DNA from: an uncultured Ignavibacteriota bacterium
GTDB taxonomy: Bacteria; Bacteroidota; Ignavibacteria; Tepidaquicellales; Tepidaquicellaceae
Assembly (NCBI GenBank): GCA_937959065.1
Contig: CALGOI010000379.1
Span: forward strand, 2,556 to 66,555
DNA: 64,000 bases
Direction: 5' to 3'
Below, piece by piece: positions 43,295 through 53,400 of this stretch. The position numbers were made by a program, and so were the translations under genes. The notes beneath the pieces were generated by a model, which saw only the letters and a list, made by a program, of their open reading frames with translations, ran no database searches and was not told the DNA's origin. Positions within the stretch are counted from its first letter, which is position 1; each line of letters begins with the position of its first letter.

Positions 43295-43332
43295 GAACTG
43301 AATTTTGTTAACGACTTAAAAAGCATAAGAAA

Positions 43333-44712
43333 ATGCCAACACCATCTGCTGTTCAATCGATACACGCTACCGATATCATAACCACGTTTGATATTGATAA
43401 GCCGGAACGTCTTGCTGAATTGTTCCGCATACGTGGCGATCAGGGCCTTAGCTACTTCGCTATTCTGAAGGCTATGGGCTTCTCACTTCCTGTTGCACAG
43501 GACACTTACGGACACAACGAGGAGGACTGGATACATGAAGTGTTCCATGTTCGTAACCTTGTGCCCGCTCCTGGCGCCGGTAACCCTGCCGCAATTACGC
43601 TTGAGTTGGGTGACCTTGATGCCTCTAACCGATTCTACCCACGTCTATGGGATACAGTGATGTTTCCTAACGAGGTAACCGGTCAGATAACCGACATTGA
43701 CACAACTACGCCTACTGCACCTGTTGTTACTGTTACCCCTAACTTGTCAACTGATGATATTGGCGCTCTTCCGGCCGGAACAGAGCTTATCATCATCTCT
43801 GATGCCTTCTCTGAAGGTTCTGGTCAGCCCGAGTCTGTAACTCGTGGTGTGTTCTTCTATGATAACGATACGCAGATCATAAAGGAGACATTCACGGCTA
43901 CCGGTTCTGAAATGACCAACCAGAAGTGGTTTGACAAGTATCAGAACGGTAAAGGGTTCTACGCCTACTACATAAAAGGCCAAGAGGACACCGAGTACAC
44001 CATGCAATTGAAAATTGATGGTGCCCTGTTGTTCCAAAAGCGTACTGATGTTGGCCAGATCAACGACCCGGTAACCGGACGTGACCTTCGAACTACTGAA
44101 GGATGGGTACCTTATATCCGAAGGACAGGGAACATTGTTCCTCACACTACCGGATTGTTCAGTGTTCAGAAGTTCAACGAGATGTCTAAGGTACTTAACC
44201 GTGAGTTTGCGGCTAAGAACGTATGCTGTCTGTTTGGTTTCGACCTTAATACAGAAGTAGGTGATGTGCTTGTTGATTATTTCGATGACACGAACATCGA
44301 GTTTGCCCAGAAGAAAATGGTAGCATCTGCCTTTGGTGGAAACGAAGGGCTTGCTGCTGCTGTTGACTTCTCTTACCTTGTTAAGAGCGGGTTTACCTAT
44401 AACTTCAAGACAATGGAAGTGTTTACGCACTCGAAGTTGTATGGAGCTACGGGATACAACATGCCTAACATGGGCATTGTTACTCCAATGGGCAAGAAAA
44501 AAGACAAGCTTTCTAAGAAGGACTTACCAACCTTCGGATGTCGCTACAAGAAGCTTGGGCCTTACGAGCGAATGATGGAGGTTTGGAATGTTTCCGGAGC
44601 CGGTCCCGCTCAAAAGGTAATCGCTGATGATTTGCACAACCACTATATGCGTTGTCATATTGGTGCGCACTTCATGGCTGGTAACCAAATGATACTGGTT
44701 GATCCTCAGTAA
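43333..44712 (+). CDS. Major capsid protein candidate
   Basis: 459-aa ORF after the scaffold-like gene, followed by a strong hairpin. The call rests on position and size. Confidence 0.55.
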   Translation: MPTPSAVQSIHATDIITTFDIDKPERLAELFRIRGDQGLSYFAILKAMGFSLPVAQDTYGHNEEDWIHEVFHVRNLVPAPGAGNPAAITLELGDLDASNRFYPRLWDTVMFPNEVTGQITDIDTTTPTAPVVTVTPNLSTDDIGALPAGTELIIISDAFSEGSGQPESVTRGVFFYDNDTQIIKETFTATGSEMTNQKWFDKYQNGKGFYAYYIKGQEDTEYTMQLKIDGALLFQKRTDVGQINDPVTGRDLRTTEGWVPYIRRTGNIVPHTTGLFSVQKFNEMSKVLNREFAAKNVCCLFGFDLNTEVGDVLVDYFDDTNIEFAQKKMVASAFGGNEGLAAAVDFSYLVKSGFTYNFKTMEVFTHSKLYGATGYNMPNMGIVTPMGKKKDKLSKKDLPTFGCRYKKLGPYERMMEVWNVSGAGPAQKVIADDLHNHYMRCHIGAHFMAGNQMILVDPQ

Positions 44713-44742
44713 AAAGGATTTGTAAGATAATAAGACGCATAT

Positions 44743-44766
44743 CCGGCCTCCCTTCGGGGAGGTCGG
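44743..44766 (+). terminator. Stable hairpin after the capsid gene
   Basis: CCGGCCTCCC-ttcg-GGGAGGTCGG (10 bp). There is no clear T-run. Confidence 0.5.
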
Positions 44767-44800
44767 TAGCTGCGTAAGTTGAACTAAATACATTTAAAGC

Positions 44801-45763
44801 GTGTTACTTATCAACGAAAGGCCGTACACAGTTACGGAAGAAGACAAGAATTGGGACACTAAGAATAAGTGCCCAAAGAATCCTGAAAAGCCCTATTTCG
44901 ATCCTGAAAACGGGGCGGTTTTCAACCTCTCAGACCAGCACATCCATAAAACAAGGCCAAGTGCCATTGAGAAGAACCGTGGCAAACGAATGCGGCAACG
45001 GCAATCGCCCAGGAGTTTCCGGGTAGATACCCAATACACGGTGTATGATGAGGAGGGTAATGCTTTAGCATACCACTACTACAAGACCAAATCTGAAAAG
45101 ACAAACGGGAACATGGTAGCGGTTAACTACCAGCCATTGTACATCATATTTGAGCAGAGCGGTGTTCTTCGTGTAAGGGATGCTGAATTGTGGTGGTACA
45201 TGGTTAATCACCCACGTCAGGCATCATCTCCTTTCAAGGATGAAACCCGTAAGGCCAACTTCTTCTTTGAGAACAAAGGACAAGAGGCACGAAGGAACAA
45301 GGCCCGTAAGTCAACTCTTATGGAGGCGCTTCGATTGCTTTACGGCAATGACGATGAGGCCCTGGATAGGGAAGGGCTTCTTGAGATGGCCAGGTTCTAT
45401 GGCATTACCGGTGGAGACCGAAAGACTGACGATGAGTTCCGGCAGGAGTTGGAGACATTTGCCTACAAGCACCCAAAGGAGTTTATCAATGTGCTGAATA
45501 ACCCGGTTGCCCAGTGTATTGTTTCCATTAAGAAGTGTAAGGAGGCGAAGATTGTTAACTACAATGGGGCTACCCGAACGTGGAGCTTTATGAGTGGTGA
45601 TAAGGTTGGCGACAAGATACACGTTGTTAAGAAGTCATCCAGTAAGGACCCAATATCACTTCTTGCTGAGTGGATGGTTAAGCACGATCGAAAGCAGAAC
45701 TATGAGGCCATGATGGACGCTCTTGAGAAGAAAGAGCAACTTGCCGAGGAGGAGGTTGAATAG
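44801..45763 (+). CDS. Hypothetical protein
   Basis: 320-aa ORF (GTG start). Confidence 0.5.
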   Translation: MLLINERPYTVTEEDKNWDTKNKCPKNPEKPYFDPENGAVFNLSDQHIHKTRPSAIEKNRGKRMRQRQSPRSFRVDTQYTVYDEEGNALAYHYYKTKSEKTNGNMVAVNYQPLYIIFEQSGVLRVRDAELWWYMVNHPRQASSPFKDETRKANFFFENKGQEARRNKARKSTLMEALRLLYGNDDEALDREGLLEMARFYGITGGDRKTDDEFRQELETFAYKHPKEFINVLNNPVAQCIVSIKKCKEAKIVNYNGATRTWSFMSGDKVGDKIHVVKKSSSKDPISLLAEWMVKHDRKQNYEAMMDALEKKEQLAEEEVE

Positions 45764-45795
45764 GGCTGTAATCTGCGCATAGCCAAAAAGGTTAG

Positions 45796-45825
45796 GAAGC
45801 CGTTTCATTAATATGGAGCGGCTTC
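45796..45825 (+). terminator. Putative terminator
   Basis: GAAGCCG (45796-45802) pairs with CGGCTTC (45819-45825), followed by TGTAATTTTT. Confidence 0.5.
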
Positions 45826-45864
45826 TGTAATTTTTCCTTAATTTTAACCTGTAAATTTTCCCTA

Positions 45865-47232
45865 ATGGCAATCGCAGATAACATCAAGACGGAGGTTTGT
45901 TTCAATCTTAACAATTCCATCCCGAGAATAGAAGTAACAGACACCACAGACTATGCGGCCGAAGGTATTGCCCTTGCCGATGTGGTTGGAATCCTTACGA
46001 TACTTGACCCATCGGGCGGAACGGTATATAGTAATACCAACTTTGGGACACCAGACATTGATCTTGACGTTAGTGCTCTTTTTGCTGATGATGCGGCCGC
46101 AATTCCCTTGGATGGTAATGGCGATCCTGTAAAGGGTGATTATGTGGTAGATTATACAATTCGTGTTATTGGGGCGGTTCAACCGGGAGATTACTCAGAG
46201 TCATTCACACTTGATTTTTGCCATCAACTACCAGATGTGTGTATTGAGGCTACCGTTAATTGCGATAAGAGTTCTTTGGTCTCAGATGATCAGACCAATT
46301 ACAACCAATATGCCACAGCGGAAACAATTACCCGAACACATACACATCACCCGCCACTAACAAGTCCGGTAACAGCCGACACGGTTGATGTAACCAAGGA
46401 ATTAACCACTTCGCCAATATTGACCAAAACTTACACGGTTGAGGTTTCTTCTGAGGTTAAGTTTGTGTATGAGGACGGCACCTGTGTTCTTGACACGGTT
46501 TATGGCTCACGGGAAGTCGAGGTTATTTGTGATGTAAACCTGTGCGACATCTATTGTTGTGTAGATGCCGCTTATAAGCGATACCGATCGGCTAAAAGCT
46601 CAAGCCCTATAAGGGCGGCCGAACTCGAAAGAGATTGGCAGACCATATTAAGCAACGTGGTTTTGTTCGGCAATGCCCGCACTTGCGGTGATAAGGCACG
46701 GGCTGATGAACTATACAATGAGATATTGTCTCTTGGAAACTGTAAGCCCGGTTGCGGATGTGATGCCGATGAGCCGATACCTGTTGTTCCTATAACGATA
46801 ATCCAAGGCCCTCCCGGACCAATTGGGCCAGTAGGCCCGGCAGGCCCACCCGGACCAGCGGGACCCGCAGGCGCATTGTTTGAATATTACGATTCTCAAT
46901 CGATTGCCCCGCACACATGGGATGATCCTGAGTCTGTTGTTCCAGGCATGTCTTACGCTCTGGCCGGCCCAACAGGAACCTATGCGGTTCACGTTCATCT
47001 TACCGATGACATGCTACAGGCTGCGTCTGGTCAGTTCAGGCTATATGTTGATGGTGTTCTCGTGAACCAAAAACCTGTTTCAACAGGCGGAACCACTGAG
47101 ATTATAACACAACACTCTATTACATGGCATGGCGCTATAAACAACGGAGATGTTGTTGAGGTTAGAGTGTTCTCTTCCACCACGAAGATTGACACGATCG
47201 GGTTTGATTGGCTAATATTCCAATTGTCCTAA
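45865..47232 (+). CDS. Collagen-triple-helix-repeat fibre protein
   Basis: 455 aa with a G-X-Y run (GPPGPIGPVGPAGPPGPAGPAG) and a Cys-rich segment before it. Confidence 0.6.
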   Translation: MAIADNIKTEVCFNLNNSIPRIEVTDTTDYAAEGIALADVVGILTILDPSGGTVYSNTNFGTPDIDLDVSALFADDAAAIPLDGNGDPVKGDYVVDYTIRVIGAVQPGDYSESFTLDFCHQLPDVCIEATVNCDKSSLVSDDQTNYNQYATAETITRTHTHHPPLTSPVTADTVDVTKELTTSPILTKTYTVEVSSEVKFVYEDGTCVLDTVYGSREVEVICDVNLCDIYCCVDAAYKRYRSAKSSSPIRAAELERDWQTILSNVVLFGNARTCGDKARADELYNEILSLGNCKPGCGCDADEPIPVVPITIIQGPPGPIGPVGPAGPPGPAGPAGALFEYYDSQSIAPHTWDDPESVVPGMSYALAGPTGTYAVHVHLTDDMLQAASGQFRLYVDGVLVNQKPVSTGGTTEIITQHSITWHGAINNGDVVEVRVFSSTTKIDTIGFDWLIFQLS

Positions 47233-47235
47233 GTA

Positions 47236-48339
47236 ATGTGTACTACCTGCCAAAATAAAGGAGTCGGATGTGAGTGTGATTGCTGCGAGGAAAAGCGCAC
47301 CAAACAACTTGTAAAGGGTCCTCCCGGTCCTCCCGGTCCGAAAGGTGATAAGGGAGACACCGGTGCTGTAGGACCAAAGGGAGATCAGGGTGAACAAGGT
47401 GACCCCGGCCCACAAGGCGATCAGGGTGACCCCGGCCCAACAGGTCCTCCCGGCCCAACAGGAGCTGATGGAGCTGATGGAGCTGATGGAGCTGATGGAG
47501 ACCCCGGTCCAACAGGTCCGCAGGGCGATCCTGGATATTCATTTGCGGCAACCTCAACCACAAGTAGCACGTTAGGAACGTCAGACACGTTCACTATCCA
47601 TCCTAACATCAATGATGATAGTGACGGAACGGGGTATAATGTTGGCAGCAGGGTTAGGTTTGCTGTAGCTACGTCACCTGATACTATATATCAGGAAGCT
47701 GTAGTAACGGCATTTAATAACACCACTGGTTCCATGACTATCAGCACACCAGATGTTGTTGTAGGCGCTGTCGCGGCATATAATGATTGGGTAATATCTC
47801 TTACTGGTGAACCTGGCAGCACATTACTGAATGTGCCATGGGATACTTACACGGTTACTATTAACCAAAACAACACCAACGAGCCCGCGGATGAGTTGCA
47901 GATAATTGATTATGGAGGTGCGACATCTGGCTCTCCCGACCCTATATCGGCAACTAACCTTCTGAATCAAGATATTTACTACAAGCAAGTAGGGAAAACA
48001 CTAATACTTGCTTTTGATGTGGAGTTTGACCTTGAGGTTGCCGGGTCAGGTTTCCATGATTTCTTTGCGGAATTGATCTTGCCAAACTCATTGATTTGCG
48101 CAAAAGATGTTCGTGCTTTTTGTTTGGTTAGGGAGTTCCCTCGTCCAGGAACTACACATGAGCGGCCTTTGGTTTTTTCGGACAATGACCAAAACCCGAA
48201 TGTGTTGTTTGAGGCGGAGTTAATTGCTTTGTCTGGTTCGGACAGAATAGAAACCTCGAAGATAAGGACGGAGTTCCATAATTCGGTTAACCCGATTGAC
48301 ATAAGGCTTAGTGGTGAAATAATTATTGAAGTGCAGTAA
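47236..48339 (+). CDS. Collagen-triple-helix-repeat fibre protein
   Basis: 367 aa with a ~90-aa G-X-Y run ([31 protein letters not shown]...[25 protein letters not shown]). Confidence 0.65.
   Translation: MCTTCQNKGVGCECDCCEEKRTKQLVKGPPGPPGPKGDKGDTGAVGPKGDQGEQGDPGPQGDQGDPGPTGPPGPTGADGADGADGADGDPGPTGPQGDPGYSFAATSTTSSTLGTSDTFTIHPNINDDSDGTGYNVGSRVRFAVATSPDTIYQEAVVTAFNNTTGSMTISTPDVVVGAVAAYNDWVISLTGEPGSTLLNVPWDTYTVTINQNNTNEPADELQIIDYGGATSGSPDPISATNLLNQDIYYKQVGKTLILAFDVEFDLEVAGSGFHDFFAELILPNSLICAKDVRAFCLVREFPRPGTTHERPLVFSDNDQNPNVLFEAELIALSGSDRIETSKIRTEFHNSVNPIDIRLSGEIIIEVQ
47461..47496 (+). repeat. Perfect tandem repeat (GGAGCTGAT) x4
   Basis: Four identical 9-nt units encode (GAD)4 inside the collagen run. 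Confidence 0.9.
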
Positions 48340-49061
48340 TGGCATTAGCTATTGTAAGTGTAAATGAAGTCTATGAGTTTGTCCAATACATTGCTGATAA
48401 AGAGCAATCGGGCAATACCATGTCCCCGGAGGAGTTTAACCTAAACCTGCGAAGGGCAGCGGATGATTATTTCCGTTGGCTTTATGGACTACCGCACAAA
48501 TACGCACCGAACTTCCCGTTGCCTGCACCAGCTTATGAGTTAACCCAAAAGGTAAAGGATGATCTTCGAATACTGAAGGTTAATACTGAACTTCCTGTTT
48601 CGGGCAGTGGTACCATGGTTATTCCGGATGATTATGTGGCTGTAACGAGTATTGCGTACAAACTATTTGAGAACGGAGATGATTGTGATGACGGTACCGT
48701 GGAGATGCGGCCGGTAGAGATAATCGATGACGATAAGTGGTATGGCCGAATTAGCAGTGCTATTAAAAAGCCAACCAAGCGTTATCCGGTTTGCAACTTC
48801 AGAAAGGACCACGTTCAATTTGAGCCCAAGAACCTAAGCAAGGTTCAGTTTGAATATTTAAGGTGCATCACACCACCTTTTTGGGGTTATTCCATTGTTG
48901 ATGATGTAGCTATTTATGATCCAGGCGGAAGTGTTGACCTGGAATACCCCAAGATAGTTACTAACGACATTGTTCGGCTTGTTTTGTCGTATGTTGGTAT
49001 TAACTTGCGAGATGGAGACCTGCTTGGGTATTCGGAAGCCAAAAAAGCTGAAGGAGTATAA
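48339..49061 (+). CDS. Hypothetical virion-module protein
   Basis: 240-aa ORF, start overlapping the upstream stop. Confidence 0.5.
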   Translation: MALAIVSVNEVYEFVQYIADKEQSGNTMSPEEFNLNLRRAADDYFRWLYGLPHKYAPNFPLPAPAYELTQKVKDDLRILKVNTELPVSGSGTMVIPDDYVAVTSIAYKLFENGDDCDDGTVEMRPVEIIDDDKWYGRISSAIKKPTKRYPVCNFRKDHVQFEPKNLSKVQFEYLRCITPPFWGYSIVDDVAIYDPGGSVDLEYPKIVTNDIVRLVLSYVGINLRDGDLLGYSEAKKAEGV

Positions 49062-49687
49062 TGACTAAGAAGGAGGCATACGAATTAGTGATAGACCGCT
49101 TATCTGGTGGCGATCCTTCGGCTGTGAACAAGTATCACCCTGAGATAGTTTACAAGAACATTGAGCTTGCCCGAAACTTTATGATAAAGGTGGAGTTCAA
49201 TGAGGCCCGTAATGCCGGTACATACGATATAAACGGAGAGTTTATCAGTGCCTTTAACTGTGTTCCGGTTAAATACGATGAGTGCCGGGATGAGTATTAT
49301 TCGAAACTGCCCGGGCGCATCATATCGCTTCCAATGAACCGGGGGTTAAGGTCGGTCTCTCCGACAAAGGGACAACAAACCCCGTTCAACATAGTTCCCA
49401 ACGGAAGCGCAGGGGTTTTTGAGGGGCTGGAAGCGCAATACCTTGCCGGAACGGAGTGCTATGTTGAGGGAGATAAGATATATTACCGGGCGCTTGACCA
49501 TGCTAATGTTAAGCAGGTATTGATAAAAATGGTGGCATCCATTAATGATTTGGATGAGGATGAACAAATACCGATACCTGCTGACAAGGAGACTATGTTA
49601 TTGGATAAGGTGGTGGAAATGCTTACCGATAGCAAAGTAACGATACAGGACAAGCATAACGATAGTAATACCGAACAAACAGTATAA
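49061..49687 (+). CDS. Hypothetical virion-module protein
   Basis: 208-aa ORF, coupled. Confidence 0.5.
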   Translation: MTKKEAYELVIDRLSGGDPSAVNKYHPEIVYKNIELARNFMIKVEFNEARNAGTYDINGEFISAFNCVPVKYDECRDEYYSKLPGRIISLPMNRGLRSVSPTKGQQTPFNIVPNGSAGVFEGLEAQYLAGTECYVEGDKIYYRALDHANVKQVLIKMVASINDLDEDEQIPIPADKETMLLDKVVEMLTDSKVTIQDKHNDSNTEQTV

Positions 49688-50472
49688 TGGGCCAGAACAC
49701 ATCGGGATATGTAAACCTCAGCTATGTGAGCAACACTGTTCTCATGGATAGGGATGACTGGACCACCCACCAGAAGAAGAAGATATTTCAATACGCTGTG
49801 ATTGGGTTTACCCAATTAAGCCTGTATGCTATTAATAACGTGAAGGTCGCGTATCTGAAGTTGTCCGCAATAAACACGGTTGATCTGCCGGACGATTACA
49901 TTGATGTGTCCAAGATAGGGATGGAGTTTGGCGGTCAGATTGTTACGCTTACCCGAAGGGATAATATGCCGCTGCCCAGGGAAACGGACGATTGCGGCAA
50001 TGAACTTGGTGTGCCCTCAGCGTTAGCGCAGGAGCCCGATGGTTCCATATATGGGTACAATGGCTACTATTTCGCCACACATTGGCGTAATGGGCAGTAT
50101 GTAGGAGAACTTTACGGAACGGAAGGCGGCCGTAATTTCGGGTATTACAGGATAGACCTTGAGAGGCGGCAGATCGTATTTAACCACGAGATAGGTCAGA
50201 TAACAAAGCCCATAATACTTGAGTACTTGTCTTCCGGAGTGGAGGCGTGTGGAGAAACCGTGGTGCCACGGCAATGTGTAGAGGCACTAAGAACATGGAT
50301 ACACTGGCAGCTTGCCCGATATGATAAGTCTGTGGCTCAGTCTGAAAAGGCGAGATTACAGCAAGAGCATATTGTAGCGTTTGAGCAATTAAAGTTCTTT
50401 GAGAATATGTTCTCGTTGGACGAATACCTGGACGCAACAAGGGCAAATGCCCGTAATGTGCCGAGACGTTAA
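49687..50472 (+). CDS. Hypothetical virion-module protein
   Basis: 261-aa ORF, coupled. Confidence 0.5.
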   Translation: MGQNTSGYVNLSYVSNTVLMDRDDWTTHQKKKIFQYAVIGFTQLSLYAINNVKVAYLKLSAINTVDLPDDYIDVSKIGMEFGGQIVTLTRRDNMPLPRETDDCGNELGVPSALAQEPDGSIYGYNGYYFATHWRNGQYVGELYGTEGGRNFGYYRIDLERRQIVFNHEIGQITKPIILEYLSSGVEACGETVVPRQCVEALRTWIHWQLARYDKSVAQSEKARLQQEHIVAFEQLKFFENMFSLDEYLDATRANARNVPRR

Positions 50473-50474
50473 AT

Positions 50475-53400
50475 ATGGCTATAGTTGACAAAAAGCTATT
50501 CATTAACGGGGGGCTTAATTCGGATGATGACAACCGAGCTATGCCCCCTGAAGATTATCGCTATGCCTTAAACATACGTAACGGTTCATCGGATGCCTCA
50601 AATATGGGCGCTGTAGAGGGGGCTTTAGGCAATGAACTTGTATCAGTAACACTTCCGGCCGGAAACAACGAATGTGTTGGCTCGGTAGAGGACAGGGAGA
50701 ATCAAAAGGTTTATTATTTCATAGCTAACGATGCGGGCAGTCACAGCATTTACGAGTATGATGTGATCACTAACAGCGTGGAGTTGGTTATGCAGGATGA
50801 GGTTCTGAACTTCAATAAGTTTTTCCCCGTACACTCCGCTGATGTTATTGAGGGGCTGTTACAATGGACTGATAACCGTAATGAGCCTCGTAGCATTAAC
50901 ATTGAGAAGGCTAAAAAGGACAAGCGCTTTAAGTACAAATTTGTGTTCGGCCTTCCTGGTGATGACCTAATTATGTCTGTGGGAACCGACTACTCTGTTG
51001 AAATACTGGATGAGGTTGGCGGAACGGTATTAGCCCCTTATGTATTTCACACCGCTTCCGATCCAAATATAGTTGATGATTTAGAAGAGGCGGCCAAGGT
51101 GATCGCTGATGCTATAAACAACGATATTACCACCTCGGCAGAACTTACAGCTACAGCGTGTGGGCAATATGTTGAAGTTGAAGTTGACACTGCCGGATAT
51201 TTCGAAGTGATATTTACGGCCAGTACGCACGATGTATTGGCAATACCACAGAACTTCTACTACAACGGAATAACCGAGGAGCAGATAAACTCTGTTAAGG
51301 ACCCACAGCATTGTGAGCCACAAACATCTGTTGTTCAGGATGTTGACAGGGAATCAAACAGGATAAGGAAGCACGTATTCCAGTTTAGGACCCGATTAAT
51401 ATTTACTGACAGCGAAAAGTCTGCGCTTGGGCCCATATCGGACATTGCCCTCGATTACAATGATTGCAGTGGAAGTTCTCTTGGTAGCGCTAATAACTGT
51501 ATTGTGGTAAACTTTACAGATACAAGGCTTAATGATCTTACCTCGCTATCCGTTATAACCGGCCTTGAGATATTTGTAAGGGATCATGAAGAAGGCAAAT
51601 GGAGATCGGTAACGGTTCTTGATCAGCACCAGTTTGGGATAGGCACTAATTCATTCAAGTTCTATAATGATGGCATCTATTCCGGAATAGCTGATGAGGA
51701 TGCCGACAAGTTATTTGATAGCCATCCTATTTTGGCCGAGGCTCAGGCCATTATTAAGAACAGGAAGCACTTTGGCAATACACTTGAAGGGTATGATCCG
51801 GTGTGTGTGGATGCTGATATTGATATTGATTATGAGGAATCGCCTGATGTAATAGGCCACAGCATTACCGGGAAGATATTTATTCGAAACGCATTTGTAG
51901 GACAGACTGAATACAAGTTGCACCAACCCATTTGGGATAACTCTTCGAACGACATACAGGGAACCACTGTGTTTGGTGGGTTCGGGCCACTTGATGTGGT
52001 TAATGGCGTTGGACAGGATTACGATCAGATACTACCACTGGACGGGTTTGTGGTGTACTTGGCTGGTACCGACTTTTACGATATTTCGAAACAGGCTCCA
52101 AACGACAATCCCAATCCACAGAATCCTAATGGTGTTTACATCGGTACTAACGGGAATATAAGGGATGATATTACGGGAAACGGCAACTCAGGAGAAACAC
52201 CCGAAACACGGGCGTACAGCACCTTTTCAATTGACGGGGTTCCCGATGGAACCTACATACTACGGGTAGCGTCTCATAAGACCACTCAGGACGACCTCAA
52301 CGATCCCGGAAGGCGCTATCAGCGTTCGAGTACCTATGTTGATGACATAGGCGGTGGAGGACAGGAGTTGCTTGTTACGATTAGTGGCGGAAACGTGGAC
52401 ATTGGAAAAATACAGATACAGGATCTTACAGATCCAAGCCTTTCCACTCAAAGCACGGCTATATCAGGATACGTTACTGATAAGGATGTTACACTTCCCG
52501 GATCTCCGACAGCAGAAGATTACCGGTCGGACACAAGGGTTGAGTTAGCGAATGTTGAATTAGATATAGGGGTGTTGTTTCATTCAGCAAAAGGACATAC
52601 CACCACGGATCACAATGGGTTTTTCTGGTGGGGAGCGCCATATACAATTACTGGTGTTGCTCCAAACATTGATGTGGATGATGTATTCACAATGGACTTA
52701 AGCCACAGCCCAACTGTTGTTAATGAAAATGGAGATCCGTTTTCAGCGTTTGACGGAGCGCAGCACCAGGAGGTGGTTTGCCGAAATACGAATAACGATG
52801 TTAGTATTAATGGCCGAACAAAGGTTGAGGGCAGTACCGGCTTTCCGGGGGTTGTAGTTCTGAGCGACCATGGGCGGTGGATATTGACCGATTCAGTGGG
52901 TGATTATTCTATAATTCAGTATGGAGATACGCTTATTTATAACGCATCAGGGCAAAAGAGGAGGTATGACAGCATCCGGTTTTTCCAAAGAACCGTACAA
53001 TGCCTTGTTGAGTTTACACCGGATTCTCAACTGAACAACATATTTATTGGCCCGTCTGACTTTAATTTTAACAATCCGTTCTTATTACAACCGGTTGTTG
53101 GAACTGTGATCTATTCAGCCATAGACCCCGCATGGGCCCGTGGTGCCGATTGGCAGTTTGGTATTGTGTATTATGACCATGCTAACCGAAGTAATGCGGT
53201 AAACACCTCCGATCGGCTTATAAAGCACAGTACGTTCTACACTGAGATAAACCCCGACACAGGACTTCAGGATCCTGATGGGAAGGCAATATTGAGTTGG
53301 GAGGTTAAACATCAGCCGCCTGATTGGGCTACACACTGGCAATGGGTTAGAACCAAGAATACATTTGCCAAGTCGTATTTGCAATGGGTAGCTGACTCAG

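Noticed and set aside
43747-44430. 227-aa minus-strand ORF inside the capsid gene
   Set aside because: It lies entirely antisense to a long, well-packed plus-strand ORF. It has no start context or motif, so it is a typical shadow ORF.
47243-47612. Several alternative-frame ORFs in the collagen-repeat region (both strands)
   Set aside because: They are artefacts of the triplet-periodic G-X-Y coding repeat. The plus-frame collagen reading is the coherent one.
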